Notes: generated by a model from the sequence alone, not told the origin. A DNA stretch of 36,443 nt from Limisphaerales bacterium (GCA_044225505.1 JBGAIN010000079.1:1-36443), one strand, 5' to 3'; numbered from the stretch's first letter, positions 8,983 to 19,770 are shown. A program made the numbers and translations.

Positions 8983-9804
8983 ATGCTGCGCCCGGGCAAA
9001 AAATACTCCGTTTACGATCTGCGCCAACTAAAAGGCAAACGGTGTTTGACGCATATTCACGTCAAGTCACCAGACGAAGCAGCTGCCGCTGAAGCCGTCG
9101 GTATTGACCTGCTCAGCTGCAGCTTTGACTCCCCCGCCTCCCAAGCTCGACTCCCCTTGCTCGTCGAAGCTGCCCCGAGAAGCTTTATCTCTGGCGCCAC
9201 TCCCCATGGGCTTGCCGCACCCGAGGAAGCCATTCGGATTGGCTTTCGCGCCCTCGAACTAGGGGCGAGCTCCGTCTATTGTTCGGCGAGCCCGCGAATG
9301 ATCGAAGCGATGGCGCGCGAAGGAATTCCTGTCGTTGGACACCTGGGCATGGTGCCTCGTCATGCGACCTGGACGAACATTCGGGCGATCGGGAAGACAG
9401 CTGACGAAGCGGCTCGCCTCTATGCCCAAATGAAAAGCTTGGAAAATGCCGGAGCCTACGCTGCGGAACTCGAGCTGGTGCCCCATAATCTAGCCAGTTT
9501 TCTATGTCGCAAAACGTCGCTCCTGCTCATGTCTTTAGGCTCCGGCAGCGGATGCGATTCGCAGTTCCTCTTTTCCGATGACATTCTGGGCGATTACGAC
9601 GAGCGCATTCCCCGGCACGCGAAGGCTTACCGTAATTTCCGCAAAGAATATGAGCGCCTGCAGAACGAACGAATCGCCGCTTTTCGTGAGTATGCGGAGG
9701 ATGTGACCAGCGGGCGGTTTCCCCAAGCCAACCATCTGGTGACTATGGAGGAAAAAGAATTGCAGCGCGCAATCGCGGTGATTGACCGAGCCACCGCCAG
9801 CTGA
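8983..9804 (+). CDS. PanB-like (ketopantoate hydroxymethyltransferase family) protein, atypical active site
   Basis: GIPVVGHLGMVP, GKTA, AGA..ELELVP, G.G..CD.Q, DILG, PRHAK.Y, V..G.FP match the PanB C-terminal half; GDS and KxE motifs are absent. Confidence 0.8.
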   Translation: MLRPGKKYSVYDLRQLKGKRCLTHIHVKSPDEAAAAEAVGIDLLSCSFDSPASQARLPLLVEAAPRSFISGATPHGLAAPEEAIRIGFRALELGASSVYCSASPRMIEAMAREGIPVVGHLGMVPRHATWTNIRAIGKTADEAARLYAQMKSLENAGAYAAELELVPHNLASFLCRKTSLLLMSLGSGSGCDSQFLFSDDILGDYDERIPRHAKAYRNFRKEYERLQNERIAAFREYAEDVTSGRFPQANHLVTMEEKELQRAIAVIDRATAS

Positions 9805-9906
9805 ACAAACGCACCGAACCCGAGCGCGAGCCCTCGGGCAACGCGAGCCGCGTCTTTAGTATCCCGTCCCGAGGGTTGATATTTTCGTGGATGCGGCCAA
9901 GCTCAG

Positions 9907-12771
9907 ATGATGCGCATCTTGCCTGGTATCCTAGGGCTGACCTTGTGCTTGACTGCACAGTTGCGGGCAGGAACTGAGGAGTGGCCCATGCTGGCCCACG
10001 ACTCGCAACGCAGCGGCGCCACCGTCACCGAAATACGTCCGCCATTCACCCGCAAATGGTACCGCCTTTTCACGGACGAAGGGGTCATGACGGGGATCCA
10101 GCCGATCGTCGCCGAAGAAACAGTGTTTCTCGGCACCCTGCGCGGAGTCTTTCACGCCATTCACGCCAAAACAGGTGCCGACCGCTGGAGTTACAACGCC
10201 GAGGCTGCCATTCTTCAAAGCGCAGCGGCGGCCAACGGCCGTGTCTTCTTTGGCACCGCTGATGGAACTATCCACGCGCTTGACATTAAGTCCGGGGCCA
10301 AGCTCTGGGACGTTCAAACAGGCTCGGCGGTGTGGAATGCGCCGGCGGTGCAGGACGATCTGGTCCTGATCGGCAGTCGCGATCAAAGGCTCTACGCCAT
10401 TGAGGCCGCCACCGGCAATGTCCGGTGGGCTGCGCCTACAGGCGGCCCTCTCTTGGGCAGCCCCGCTGTCGATGTGGCCCGCGGGCGGGTTTATATCGGG
10501 GCGGAAGATATGTTCGTTTACGCCTTCGATCTAAAACAAGGGGAACTCGTTTGGCGCGGCCCAAAGCTCCCTGGCGTAAGTCTCCGAGGATATCATCCGG
10601 TCATCGCGCCAGATGGGTCGATCTTGATCACCACCGCGCCCGGAGTCAATTTGGACACCTTCCAGGATCTGCTGCTTCAACTTGCGAAGGACGTATTCGG
10701 AGACTTCGCGAGTTGGCGGCACTCCAAAGAAGCGAACGCCGTGCTGCGGGAAGAGAACTTCGCCGTCATGGCCAAACCCGAGACTTATGCCCGACAGATG
10801 GACTTCCTGCGCAAACAGCTGACAGATCAACCAGCGCTGCAGACCTTTTTCGTTCTCGACGTCAACACGGGAGTTCCGAAATTCGTCCCTCCTATTGTCT
10901 ACTCCGAGAGCATGAACGGCCCGGGCGCACCGGCCTTAGTCTCGCCGGACGGCGAAGTGATCGTGAAGTTCCAAGCGCTGCTCCGCAGCCGCTACGAACA
11001 TTATTCTCCGTTTCTCAACGTTGGCCGTCTCAATACCACCACGGGCGAGATCGAGCCGATCATGGATCAGAGCCGGGTCTACAATTGGTTTGAAAGCCTT
11101 TTGCTGGTGCATGACGAACAATGCCAGCTCAGTTTGTCCGGCCGTGTGCTGATCAACACGCACCAGAGCGATGTCAACGCGTTGGACCTGGTGAACCTCG
11201 AAGGGTTTCCCGATCCCTTCTGCCGCAATGTGCACGAGCCCAAGCCCGGCGAAGCCCTGGCCATTTGGGCAAGTCTCCTTCGAGGCGAATCACTGCCACC
11301 GGGAAAAGAGTGGTTGGCGCGCGGAACAGCGGTCTACGGAGGAGGCTCGGTCCTCGATTCGAGCATCTCCATCGCCGGTGACAGTTTCTATTACCTTCCC
11401 ACTCACGAGCTCAATTCGGGAGCCGCCTTGATTGCCTATCAGATGAACCTCGTCGGCGATGCCAGCAAAGAAAAACTCATGCCGCCACCGACGCTCAGCT
11501 CGAACGAATGGGCAAAGGTTCAAGCGCTGCCCTGGGATTGGGACTCGCTGGAAGACCGACGGTTGACCAACCTGCTTCAGTCTCTGCCCGGACCGGTCGC
11601 AGGCACCCGTGCAGCACCACTCAAAGCCGCTGCCACCAATGTCGTGGCGAGAATTCCAGACTCGGCATTCGATGCGATTCTGTGGGAAAGCCCCCAACCC
11701 GTTTCCAATTCTATCCCGACTGTTTACCTCAAAGGAATGGTCCGCGACCTGGCCCGCGCTGTGGACGAACTCACCACGAATATCTGGCAGCCTTTGGTAT
11801 TTCCTCCAGGCAAGTTTCCCGAACACGCCTACCGTTTTTTCACCGAACCTACCGAGACGCTCTACACCTTGGCCTTGGTCTACCCGCTGCTCGACGCCCA
11901 ACAACGGGACCGACTCAAAGCACAGGTAAAGCGCTGGAGCGCTCCGGGCGGCCCATTGAGCGGACCGGTCGGGCAACGAACCGTTCCCCTGGAAACGGGT
12001 CAACAACGGTCCGCGTATGATCCGGCGCCAAATTCGCTGCTAAAGTTCCAGGAAGACGTCCTCCGGACCTCCCTCGCTCGGCTCTATCCGCTTTGGCTGT
12101 GGGCATTTCGCTCGGGCGATTGGTCGAAGCTCGAGCATGAGTGGCCGCAGCTCGCCGCCCTCATCAATCAACGTCCCAACCCCATGGAAGAGGATTGTCA
12201 CAATGGTATTCTGGCGGGCCTGATCGCTTACTGTCGTATTGCAGACCACATGAACGACTCCGCGGCCGTCGCTGCCGGAACCGAAGCGGCTAAAGCGGCG
12301 ATCCGCGATCGTTTGGCGTTCGAACTCGCGCATACCGAAGGCGGGCTTATCTGGCAGGTTCCCCGCCTGCGAAGCATTCTGGCGCGCTGGCGGTTTCTTA
12401 CTCCTGAAACAGGACGTCTGCTCGGCCAGTTTGCGCGCCCAATTCACCAGCATCTTATGGAGCGCTATATCGATTACCATCGCCCCACCTGGTGGCTCGC
12501 TTGGAACGTCGAGACCCTGGTCCGGAATGAATGCCCTTACGAATTCCCAAGTATGTCCGCGGAAGTGTTCGCCGCCCGGCGCTTGATCCTGGATGAACCC
12601 GCGGCCAAACTCGCGCCGTTTATTGACCGCCCCTGGTGTCACGCCGACCTTTACTACATCCAAAAGCTCGCCTGGACCATCGAAGCCGCCCGACCGTCGC
12701 TGTGGGTCGATATCCGAAAGGTTCCACCTTCCGCCCGCCAACCAGCTCAAGCAGAAAATCGCTTGAACTAA
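9907..12771 (+). CDS. Secreted PQQ-binding-like (BamB-type) beta-propeller protein with large uncharacterised C-terminal region
   Basis: Signal peptide, WPMLAHD.QRSG start, repeated ALDxxTGxxxW Trp-docking motifs in the N-terminal ~220 aa. Confidence 0.85.
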   Translation: MMRILPGILGLTLCLTAQLRAGTEEWPMLAHDSQRSGATVTEIRPPFTRKWYRLFTDEGVMTGIQPIVAEETVFLGTLRGVFHAIHAKTGADRWSYNAEAAILQSAAAANGRVFFGTADGTIHALDIKSGAKLWDVQTGSAVWNAPAVQDDLVLIGSRDQRLYAIEAATGNVRWAAPTGGPLLGSPAVDVARGRVYIGAEDMFVYAFDLKQGELVWRGPKLPGVSLRGYHPVIAPDGSILITTAPGVNLDTFQDLLLQLAKDVFGDFASWRHSKEANAVLREENFAVMAKPETYARQMDFLRKQLTDQPALQTFFVLDVNTGVPKFVPPIVYSESMNGPGAPALVSPDGEVIVKFQALLRSRYEHYSPFLNVGRLNTTTGEIEPIMDQSRVYNWFESLLLVHDEQCQLSLSGRVLINTHQSDVNALDLVNLEGFPDPFCRNVHEPKPGEALAIWASLLRGESLPPGKEWLARGTAVYGGGSVLDSSISIAGDSFYYLPTHELNSGAALIAYQMNLVGDASKEKLMPPPTLSSNEWAKVQALPWDWDSLEDRRLTNLLQSLPGPVAGTRAAPLKAAATNVVARIPDSAFDAILWESPQPVSNSIPTVYLKGMVRDLARAVDELTTNIWQPLVFPPGKFPEHAYRFFTEPTETLYTLALVYPLLDAQQRDRLKAQVKRWSAPGGPLSGPVGQRTVPLETGQQRSAYDPAPNSLLKFQEDVLRTSLARLYPLWLWAFRSGDWSKLEHEWPQLAALINQRPNPMEEDCHNGILAGLIAYCRIADHMNDSAAVAAGTEAAKAAIRDRLAFELAHTEGGLIWQVPRLRSILARWRFLTPETGRLLGQFARPIHQHLMERYIDYHRPTWWLAWNVETLVRNECPYEFPSMSAEVFAARRLILDEPAAKLAPFIDRPWCHADLYYIQKLAWTIEAARPSLWVDIRKVPPSARQPAQAENRLN

Positions 12772-12818
12772 CTCCGCAAGTCAGGCATGAAAAACCGCAG
12801 TCCATTCGGCTTGTAACC

Positions 12819-13670
12819 ATGAACCAACTCCTCCACGTTCTGCTCCTCTGCGCGTTCACCGTCTGTGAAACTCTTCGCGCGGCCGAACCCGCCCCCGCCG
12901 CCTCCGTCTTCCCGGATAAGAAGCTGGAAGCCGTTGTGCGCAAATACGTTTTTGAAAAACGGGATACCGACAAGCCGCTGACCGAATCGGATGTGGCGAA
13001 TATCTCGACCATCGAAGGCAAAGGAGCTGGCGTTGCCGACCTGACCGGACTCGAAAAGTGCATCAGCCTGGCCTCGCTCGACCTCGCCGGCAACAGCATT
13101 CAATCCCTGGCCTCGCTCAAAGGCTTGGCCCGCCTTCAATTCCTGAACGTCGCGAGCAACCGGATCGAAGACATCTCCCCTTTAGCAACCGTGCCAGCGC
13201 TGCAATACATCGAATTATCGCACAACCGCGTTCGTGAAGTGGAGCCGCTCAAAGGACTGACCAATCTTGCCTCGCTTTACCTCTCCGACAATCAAATCTC
13301 CGAAATTACCCCGCTCTTCGGGTTACCGAAACTCGTCTCTCTCTACCTGGACGACAATGCGATCAAGTCCTTGGACGGCGTCAACCGTTTGAAAAGCCTC
13401 GCCACGCTCTCTGCCAAAGGCAACGCGATTTGTGATCTCACCCCGCTGCAGGGACTCCAGGGGCTCTCCTGGTTGTTCCTTGAACGGAACAAGATCCGGG
13501 ATTTGGAACCCCTCGTTCAAATGGCCCAGAAAGACAAAGAACAACGCTTTGCTCCTTTCTGGAATATTTATCTCGCTGGCAATCCACTCGCCGCGGAATC
13601 ATCGAATCACGTGGCGGCCTTGAAACAAGTGGGAACTCGAATTCACGTGCCTGCGCTTCCACAGCCCTGA
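12819..13670 (+). CDS. Secreted internalin-like leucine-rich repeat protein
   Basis: Signal peptide from ATG 12819, FPDKKLE cap, ~22-residue LxxLxLxxNxIxxLxPL repeats, LAGNPL C-cap. Confidence 0.9.
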   Translation: MNQLLHVLLLCAFTVCETLRAAEPAPAASVFPDKKLEAVVRKYVFEKRDTDKPLTESDVANISTIEGKGAGVADLTGLEKCISLASLDLAGNSIQSLASLKGLARLQFLNVASNRIEDISPLATVPALQYIELSHNRVREVEPLKGLTNLASLYLSDNQISEITPLFGLPKLVSLYLDDNAIKSLDGVNRLKSLATLSAKGNAICDLTPLQGLQGLSWLFLERNKIRDLEPLVQMAQKDKEQRFAPFWNIYLAGNPLAAESSNHVAALKQVGTRIHVPALPQP

Positions 13671-13752
13671 CCGAGACTCCGTCGTCGCTTAAGCACTGGG
13701 TTGCAGGCCAATGGGCGCGCAGCCTGCGCTCGCCCTTCGTCCCATTCTCTCA

Positions 13753-14967
13753 ATGACTCCAGACCCTAACGACCTGGCTAAACCGGGAGCCGATCCGAGT
13801 CTGTGGCTGCTCGATCCCGCCCTGGCCTTCCTCAATCACGGCTCGTTCGGTAGCTGCCCTCGCGCTCTCCTCGGTTATCAGCAAGCGCTGCGCGACCGCA
13901 TGGAACGGCGCCCCATTCAGTTCTTAGTCCGTGAACTTGAAGCCTTGCTCGACGCCGCTCGTGATTCGGTGGGGCAGTTCGTCGGCGCCTCCCCGGACGA
14001 CCTGGTCTTCGTGCCAAACGCGACCGCGGGGGTCAACACCGTCCTCCGTTCCCTCACTTTCGCGCCCAATGACGAACTCATTGTTACAGATCACGAATAC
14101 AATGCCTGCCGCAACGCCCTTAACTTCGTGGCGGAGCGCTCAGGCGCCCGCGTCGTCGTTGTCCCAGTTCCTTTTCCGGTCGCTCATGAAGATGAAATCA
14201 TCGGCCCGCTGCTCCAAGCCGTAACGCCCAGGACACGCCTGGTTTTGGCCGACCATGTCACCAGCCAGACTGGCTTGGTCCTCCCCATTCAACGGTTGGC
14301 CAATGCACTCACCGCCCGCGGTGTAGATCTGCTGGTCGACGGCGCCCATGCTCCAGGGATGATCCCGCTGCACCTCGCTGAACTCGGAGCTGCCTACTAC
14401 ACGGGAAACTGTCACAAATGGCTCTGCGCCCCAAAAGGCACGGCCATCCTCTACGTTCGCCGCGATCGGCAATCTGAAATCCGGCCGCTGTCGATCAGTC
14501 ATGGTGCGAATTCGCCGAGGAAAGATCGGTCCCGGTTCCTCATTGAATTCAGTTGGACCGGCACGGCGGATGTCACGGGCTTCCTCACGATTCCCGAAGC
14601 GATTCGATGGATGAGCTCCCTGCTTCCAGGGGGCCTCACCGAGGTGATGGCACGGAACCGCCGACTCGCTCTTCGTGCCCGCCAGATCATCTGCGAAGCG
14701 TTAGGAATCAATCTTCCCTGCCCGGACTCAATGATCGGGTCTCTCGCCTCAATTCCCATCGCCGCTTCCACGGATTCGACACCGCCAAGCTCCCCGCTCT
14801 ACGCAGATCCCCTGCAAGACTGGCTGCGCGATCAGCATGCGATCGAAGTCCCCGTCATTCCCTGGCCCGCACCGCCGCGCCGGTTGCTGCGCATTTCCGC
14901 GCAACTCTACAACTCTCTGCCGCAATACCAACAACTTGCCATCGCCTTGCGCGAAGCCGGAGTTTGA
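13753..14967 (+). CDS. Class V PLP enzyme (isopenicillin N epimerase / cysteine desulfhydrase / EgtE-like)
   Basis: LNHGSFG, NAT, DH(V)TS, VDGAH, PLP lysine in GNCHKWLCAPKG, GT.D, RISAQLYN. Alternative start at 13711. Confidence 0.9.
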   Translation: MTPDPNDLAKPGADPSLWLLDPALAFLNHGSFGSCPRALLGYQQALRDRMERRPIQFLVRELEALLDAARDSVGQFVGASPDDLVFVPNATAGVNTVLRSLTFAPNDELIVTDHEYNACRNALNFVAERSGARVVVVPVPFPVAHEDEIIGPLLQAVTPRTRLVLADHVTSQTGLVLPIQRLANALTARGVDLLVDGAHAPGMIPLHLAELGAAYYTGNCHKWLCAPKGTAILYVRRDRQSEIRPLSISHGANSPRKDRSRFLIEFSWTGTADVTGFLTIPEAIRWMSSLLPGGLTEVMARNRRLALRARQIICEALGINLPCPDSMIGSLASIPIAASTDSTPPSSPLYADPLQDWLRDQHAIEVPVIPWPAPPRRLLRISAQLYNSLPQYQQLAIALREAGV

Positions 14968-15280
14968 CCCGATTCGCGAATCCAGTATTTTCTCGTGCGA
15001 GGCTTTCGTCATCACGGGTAAGGGCAACGGAGCCGCGGCGGCCAGGTCTGCAAATTTCCCCTGGGGCTAATATGTGTAAGACACCCACCGCAGGCTGTGT
15101 TTTCCTTTTCAATCCGGGAACGGACACGCAGAAACAAAAGCGGTGTTGAACCGCCGGGCGACTTTCCCAGCGACCCGCCCGGGACTCTTGCGGTTGAGGC
15201 GGACACAGCGCCGCACCGCCTTGCGGGCGAACGTTCCAGCTGCGCATCCGTAACCGAGATCCTTGGCCCCGCACGTCCAT

Positions 15281-15367
15281 ATCCTCCAGTGATCCTCCAG
15301 TGATCCTCCAGTGATCCTCCAGTGATCCTCCAGTGATCCTCCAGTGATCCTCCAGTGATCCTCCAGT
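15281..15367. repeat. Perfect 11-bp tandem repeat (ATCCTCCAGTG), 7 full copies plus 10/11
   Basis: Counted directly; intergenic between convergent genes. Confidence 0.97.
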
Positions 15368-15613
15368 AGCCCGACGTGGATCTAGCCTGGATCTCCGTAA
15401 CGTCCCAGAGGGCATGACAGCGCGCCCGCGCCTTGGGGTGCTTCCGTCCTGCGCTCTCTCGCGTTCGCCAAGGCCTCCACGAAAGCCCCATATACAACTC
15501 TAACAGCCTCCCCATAAGCAGCTTGTTAACGTTCCAAGAGTGAAGAGCATGCTCAAAATAACGCCACCCCCATCAATACAACGGCCAGGAAACGTGCAGG
15601 CGTCCTGACCAGA

Positions 15614-18600
15614 TCAGTCGCCGTCAGGTGGGTCGCTAATGTTGATGTTGCGGGATCCCGGTCGCCAGGAGGTGTGGACCGCGGTCGGATGTTCAAGATA
15701 GGCGGCCACGTCTGGGACCACGACCAACTCGCCAAACATCGTCTTGAAATGTTCCGGGTAAGTGCAGAGGTAATCGTAGTTTCCCGCTTCCTTCGGAGCC
15801 GTAAAAGACAACGTCTCCTTCTGTCCCGCTTCCAAGAGCGACGACCGATGACCTGTTAACCCATTCTTGGGAACCATAGATCCGGCCTGAGGAATCCGGA
15901 ACCGGCATGGGTACAAACGGGGGCCAATTTCGTCGCACTTCGGCCTGCAAAACCAAGGTGTGCGGCATCATGTCAGGTTTCAGTGGTCTGAAACGGTTTC
16001 CAGCTGACAATCACCAATTGGGTGGTATCTGCGCCGCGTTGCTCGCGCACGGTCTTGATCACGAACACCCGGACGCCAAGACTCAGCAGCGCCTTGCGGA
16101 TGCGATTGGCTTGCGCGGCTGGAAGCAGCGAGGCCATCTCGTCGCCAACCTGAACCGCTTCAATGAACTCTTGCATCGTCCGCCGTTCTGTCGGAACGTT
16201 TAGCCCAGGTGAGCACCGCTTCCGCCGTTTTGTCCGGCGAAGGCAGAGTCCCAAACTTGCCGAGGTAATTGCGTAACGGCGCGAGCCGCGGTGGCCAGGC
16301 TTTGGTCTTTCCGCATGAATTCGGTCAGGATCGCAAAACTTTTGCGAGCGGCGTCCGTGCCCATGAGCGGCAACGCTCGTAAGGCCGCCTCACGGACCAC
16401 ATCGGGAAGGTCGGGCACCTGCAGTGCCGCGGTCAACAACGGCTCGAACAAAGCGCGCATCGCTGGATCAATCAGCAGCACGATGGCATCGATCAAGGTC
16501 GCCCGCGCATTCGGGTCCGCTTCCGTTTGGCGCCCAAGGCATCGGGTTGGCCATCCGCCGCGACAGAAGCCGCGCTTCGGCTCTCCGGGCTTCCGGCCGC
16601 TGGCCACCAACGGCCAACTGGGTTAGGGCTTCGCGCGCCGCTGTAAGATCGGCAGCGGAGTTTGCGGCCAGCAGAGTGCCCAGGTCGGCGAAGGCCGGCA
16701 GTGATCCACCCTGCGCGTCCAATCGGCGCAACGCGGCCAGCGCTTCGGTGACGCGGTTGGTCCGGTGCCGTTCGGCAAGCAGTTCGAGGGCGCCACTGCG
16801 CGTGTTGAGATCCATCCCTTTGCGCTGTAATCGCTCCACCAGGACAGGCTCCACATCGGAAGCTTCCTTGATTTGCGCATCGGAAAGACGGGCGACTGTT
16901 CGGGCCAAGGCTTTCGGATCTTCCGGCAGGAAGATGGTATTGGATTTCTGCAACTGCCGAAGCGTTTCGTGGAACGTATAGTCGAGATAATAGTCGGTGT
17001 CATGCTTCAAGACCTCATGCGCCACTTCGAGCGCCTCTCGGCCCAAGAAGAAGCTGGCCACGCGCACCGCTTCCAATCGCACCCGCGGCGCAGAGTCGTG
17101 GGCAGCGGCGGCCCGAAGTGTGTGAGGCTGACTGACGCGGTCACGCCAGTAACCCAGCACTCTCACCGCTTGGGCGCGCGCCCGAGGTTCGGGAGACTGG
17201 AGCAATTGTCGCAGCAACGGTTCGTTCACTACGTTGTGCCATTGGTAGACCCACAGTCCTTCCAGCCAATGATGTTGGTCTTCCATTTTCGTTCGATCAA
17301 ACTGGCGCATCCAACGATCCACGGCAGCCAAGACAGTCTGGGTGTCGCGGGTTCCGAGCTCGATCTTGGCGCGGATGCGCACATTGTTTTCGGGAGTCTT
17401 AAGAAGTTCGAGAAGGCTATCGATTGACTCACCCGCGATGCGGGCGGGCGGAAGCAACGGTCTGCCATCGTAGGTCATGCGGTAAACTCGGCCGTGGCTG
17501 TGATCGCGACTGGGATCTCGAAGATGATGCTGAAGGTGACCGATGATCGGGTTATGCCAATCAAGGAAGTAAACGGAACCGTCTGGAGCAACATCCACCG
17601 CGGATGGACGGAAGTTGGGGTCGTCCGAAACCACCAGCGGCGGTTCGATCGTCTGACCCGATAATCCCGAACCCTCTTCGCTCACGCGCACGCGAAAGAT
17701 CCCCTGAAACCCGATCACATTACAATTGAGGAAGTTATTCTGGAACTCTTCAGGGAAGTGTCGACTGGAGAGCATGCCCGTTCCTGGGCAAGGCCGGGAG
17801 GGGCGATTCCAGAACTCTTTCATCCCTGAATGCTTGTTCGGATAGTCAATCTTGCCGCTAAAGGCGGGGCCAAAGTAGGTGTTATTGCCGGTCGCGTCGG
17901 TGACCAGGTCGTTGCCCCAAAAGTCGAACACGCGTCCGTGCGGGTTGGCGAACCCATACGCAATGTGCGTCTCGAACTTGCTGGAGCGCGGTTCAAAACG
18001 GAAGATGGCAGCGTCCAGGTTACGCACAGGCGGAGCCCACGGCGTCTCGATCTGCGTCCGGTGGAAGACACCGTCGCTGAGGTAAATGGCGCCGCCGGGG
18101 TCCAGGACCATGGAATTCGCTGTGTGGTGGCTATCCGCCGAGTCAAGGCCGTTGATCAGAGCTTCCTTCCAATCTGCTTTGCCGTCGCCGTCGGTATCGC
18201 GCAACCACCAAACTTCCGGTGCTTGCACGAGGATAATGCCGTCTTTATAGAACTGGAATCCCGTTGGAGCGTTCAGATCTTCGACGAAAGGAGTGCATTT
18301 GTCGGCTTTGCCATCGCCATCGGTATCTTCAAACACCAATAAGCTGTCGCCCTTGGTGCTCTGAGGGGTACGCTCGGGATAGTTCAACCACGCGGCTACC
18401 CAAAGGCGCCCGCGGGTGTCGAACGCCATTTGCACGGGATTGACCAATTCAGGGAATCGTTCCTCGGATGCAAACAGGGTGACGCGACAGCCCGGTGGCA
18501 CTTTCATATGCCCAATCGCCTCCTCGCCGCTTAGGAAGTTATAAGAGCCGTCGGGGTTGGGGCCGGGCTTATTACTCGGCACTTCGATGGCCGGAGGCAG

Positions 18601-19560
18601 GTTGCTATCATCGACCTTGAGAGATCCGCCCTGCGCGACAGCCCAAACCCGTGCGTCACGATTGGCTGTCATCACATCTCGCATCTCCATTTCGCGTTGC
18701 ATGGTGTCGCGGTTCTTCACCCCTTTGTATTCCATGTAAGAGCGTCCTCCGTAGACATTGTAGCCATCCACCGTCCGGTAACGAGAGAACCAGACGGCAT
18801 TCTTCTCGTTCACGGCGGCGCGAAGCTGATCGAACGAAGCGACATCAGTCGCCCTGGGAACGCCCTCGCCCACCAGGAGTTGAAACATGCCAGGAGCGAG
18901 CAACCGATAACCTTCGTCCGTGAGATGCACACCGTTGATGGTCAGCGGTTGCTTCGATTCTGCATAGACCCGCTGCGAAAGCTGGAATAGGTCAACAAAC
19001 GGCACATTATTTGCCTTCGCCACTTCGGCCATGGCAAAAGTGTAAAGCTGGAGGTTGGCGTTGAGATCTGCGGGATTGCGAAAATTTGGATCAGAATGAC
19101 GTTCGGCCGCGATCGGAGAGAACAGAACGAGACGGGCGGTGGCCTTGCCGCTGTAGTTCTGACTGAGCGTCTGTTTGATGAACGCATCCAGATCCTTCCG
19201 GAATTGAGGAAGTCCTTCGACACCTTGGAATGCTTCGTTGTATCCGAAGAAGGCAAACACGACATCGGCCTTCTCTTTCTTAAGCCAGTCTTCAGGCGTC
19301 CCGAATCCCTCGGATCGCAGGCGAGTGGTCAATTCATCCCCGGAGAAAGCGAGGTTCCGAAAGACTAACCGGTGGTTGGGATAGCGCGTGTAGAGAAGAC
19401 TTTCGAGCCATCCCGAATGCTGCATACGATCCCCCAGAGTATTGCCAATGACACAAACACGATCTCCAGGATTTAATTCAAAGCCTTCGGCTCCGTGAGC
19501 GTGGACGATGACAAGGATAGCGACGATCCAATGAACCAGGACAAGCTTTAGATTTCTCAT
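15614..19560 (-). pseudogene. PVC-type SGNH/GDSL + sugar-dehydrogenase-like propeller + HEAT + C-terminal azurin/plastocyanin-like protein; 3' ~1 kb broken by multiple frameshifts
   Basis: Intact ORF 16468-19560 has a signal peptide, IGNTL/NGVHL SGNH motifs, FASE..NP.QMAFD.RGRLW, EDTDGDGKAD, GHLQH, HEAT repeats. It continues in other frames (16200-16610, 15973-16254, PDMMPH at ~15960, CTYPEHFKTM at 15737-15766). Confidence 0.8.
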
Positions 19561-19614
19561 TTACGTCTTAGAACTGAGCGGGTCGCCTGATCGCATTCCT
19601 CACTCCCCAAATCC

Positions 19615-19679
19615 GCACGCACTGCGTGCCGCAAGATCCGGAACCAGGAGGACTGTGACGCAGAGACCTCTAGGTCTCT
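19615..19679. promoter_or_regulatory. Two perfect palindromes upstream of the 19560 start (candidate operators)
   Basis: GCACGCA-C-TGCGTGC (19615-19629) and AGAGACCT-CT-AGGTCTCT (19662-19679). Confidence 0.35.
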
Positions 19680-19770
19680 TTCGGGAACCGACCCAGCTTA
19701 CGTCAGGGGCATGGCGAAGCAACCTGGATTTTCAGAGAATCCGCAGGCGAGTCGACGCCGGCTCGCATCG

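Noticed and set aside
13753..14967. Beta-lactam or ergothioneine biosynthetic cluster
   Set aside because: Only a lone CefD/EgtE-like PLP enzyme is present; no NRPS, IPNS or egtB/egtD in the window.
15281..15367. CRISPR array or coding repeat (WRITGGSLEDH ORFs at 14855-15415 and 15012-15515)
   Set aside because: There are no spacers, the unit is only 11 bp, and no cas genes are present. The peptide repeat is simply the translation of the 11-mer in stop-free frames.
14968..15613. tRNA, riboswitch or other structured ncRNA in the long intergenic gap
   Set aside because: Only short GC-rich hairpins (e.g. CCGGGCG/CGCCCGG at 15154-15182); no recognisable family motif by eye. An Rfam/Infernal scan would be needed.
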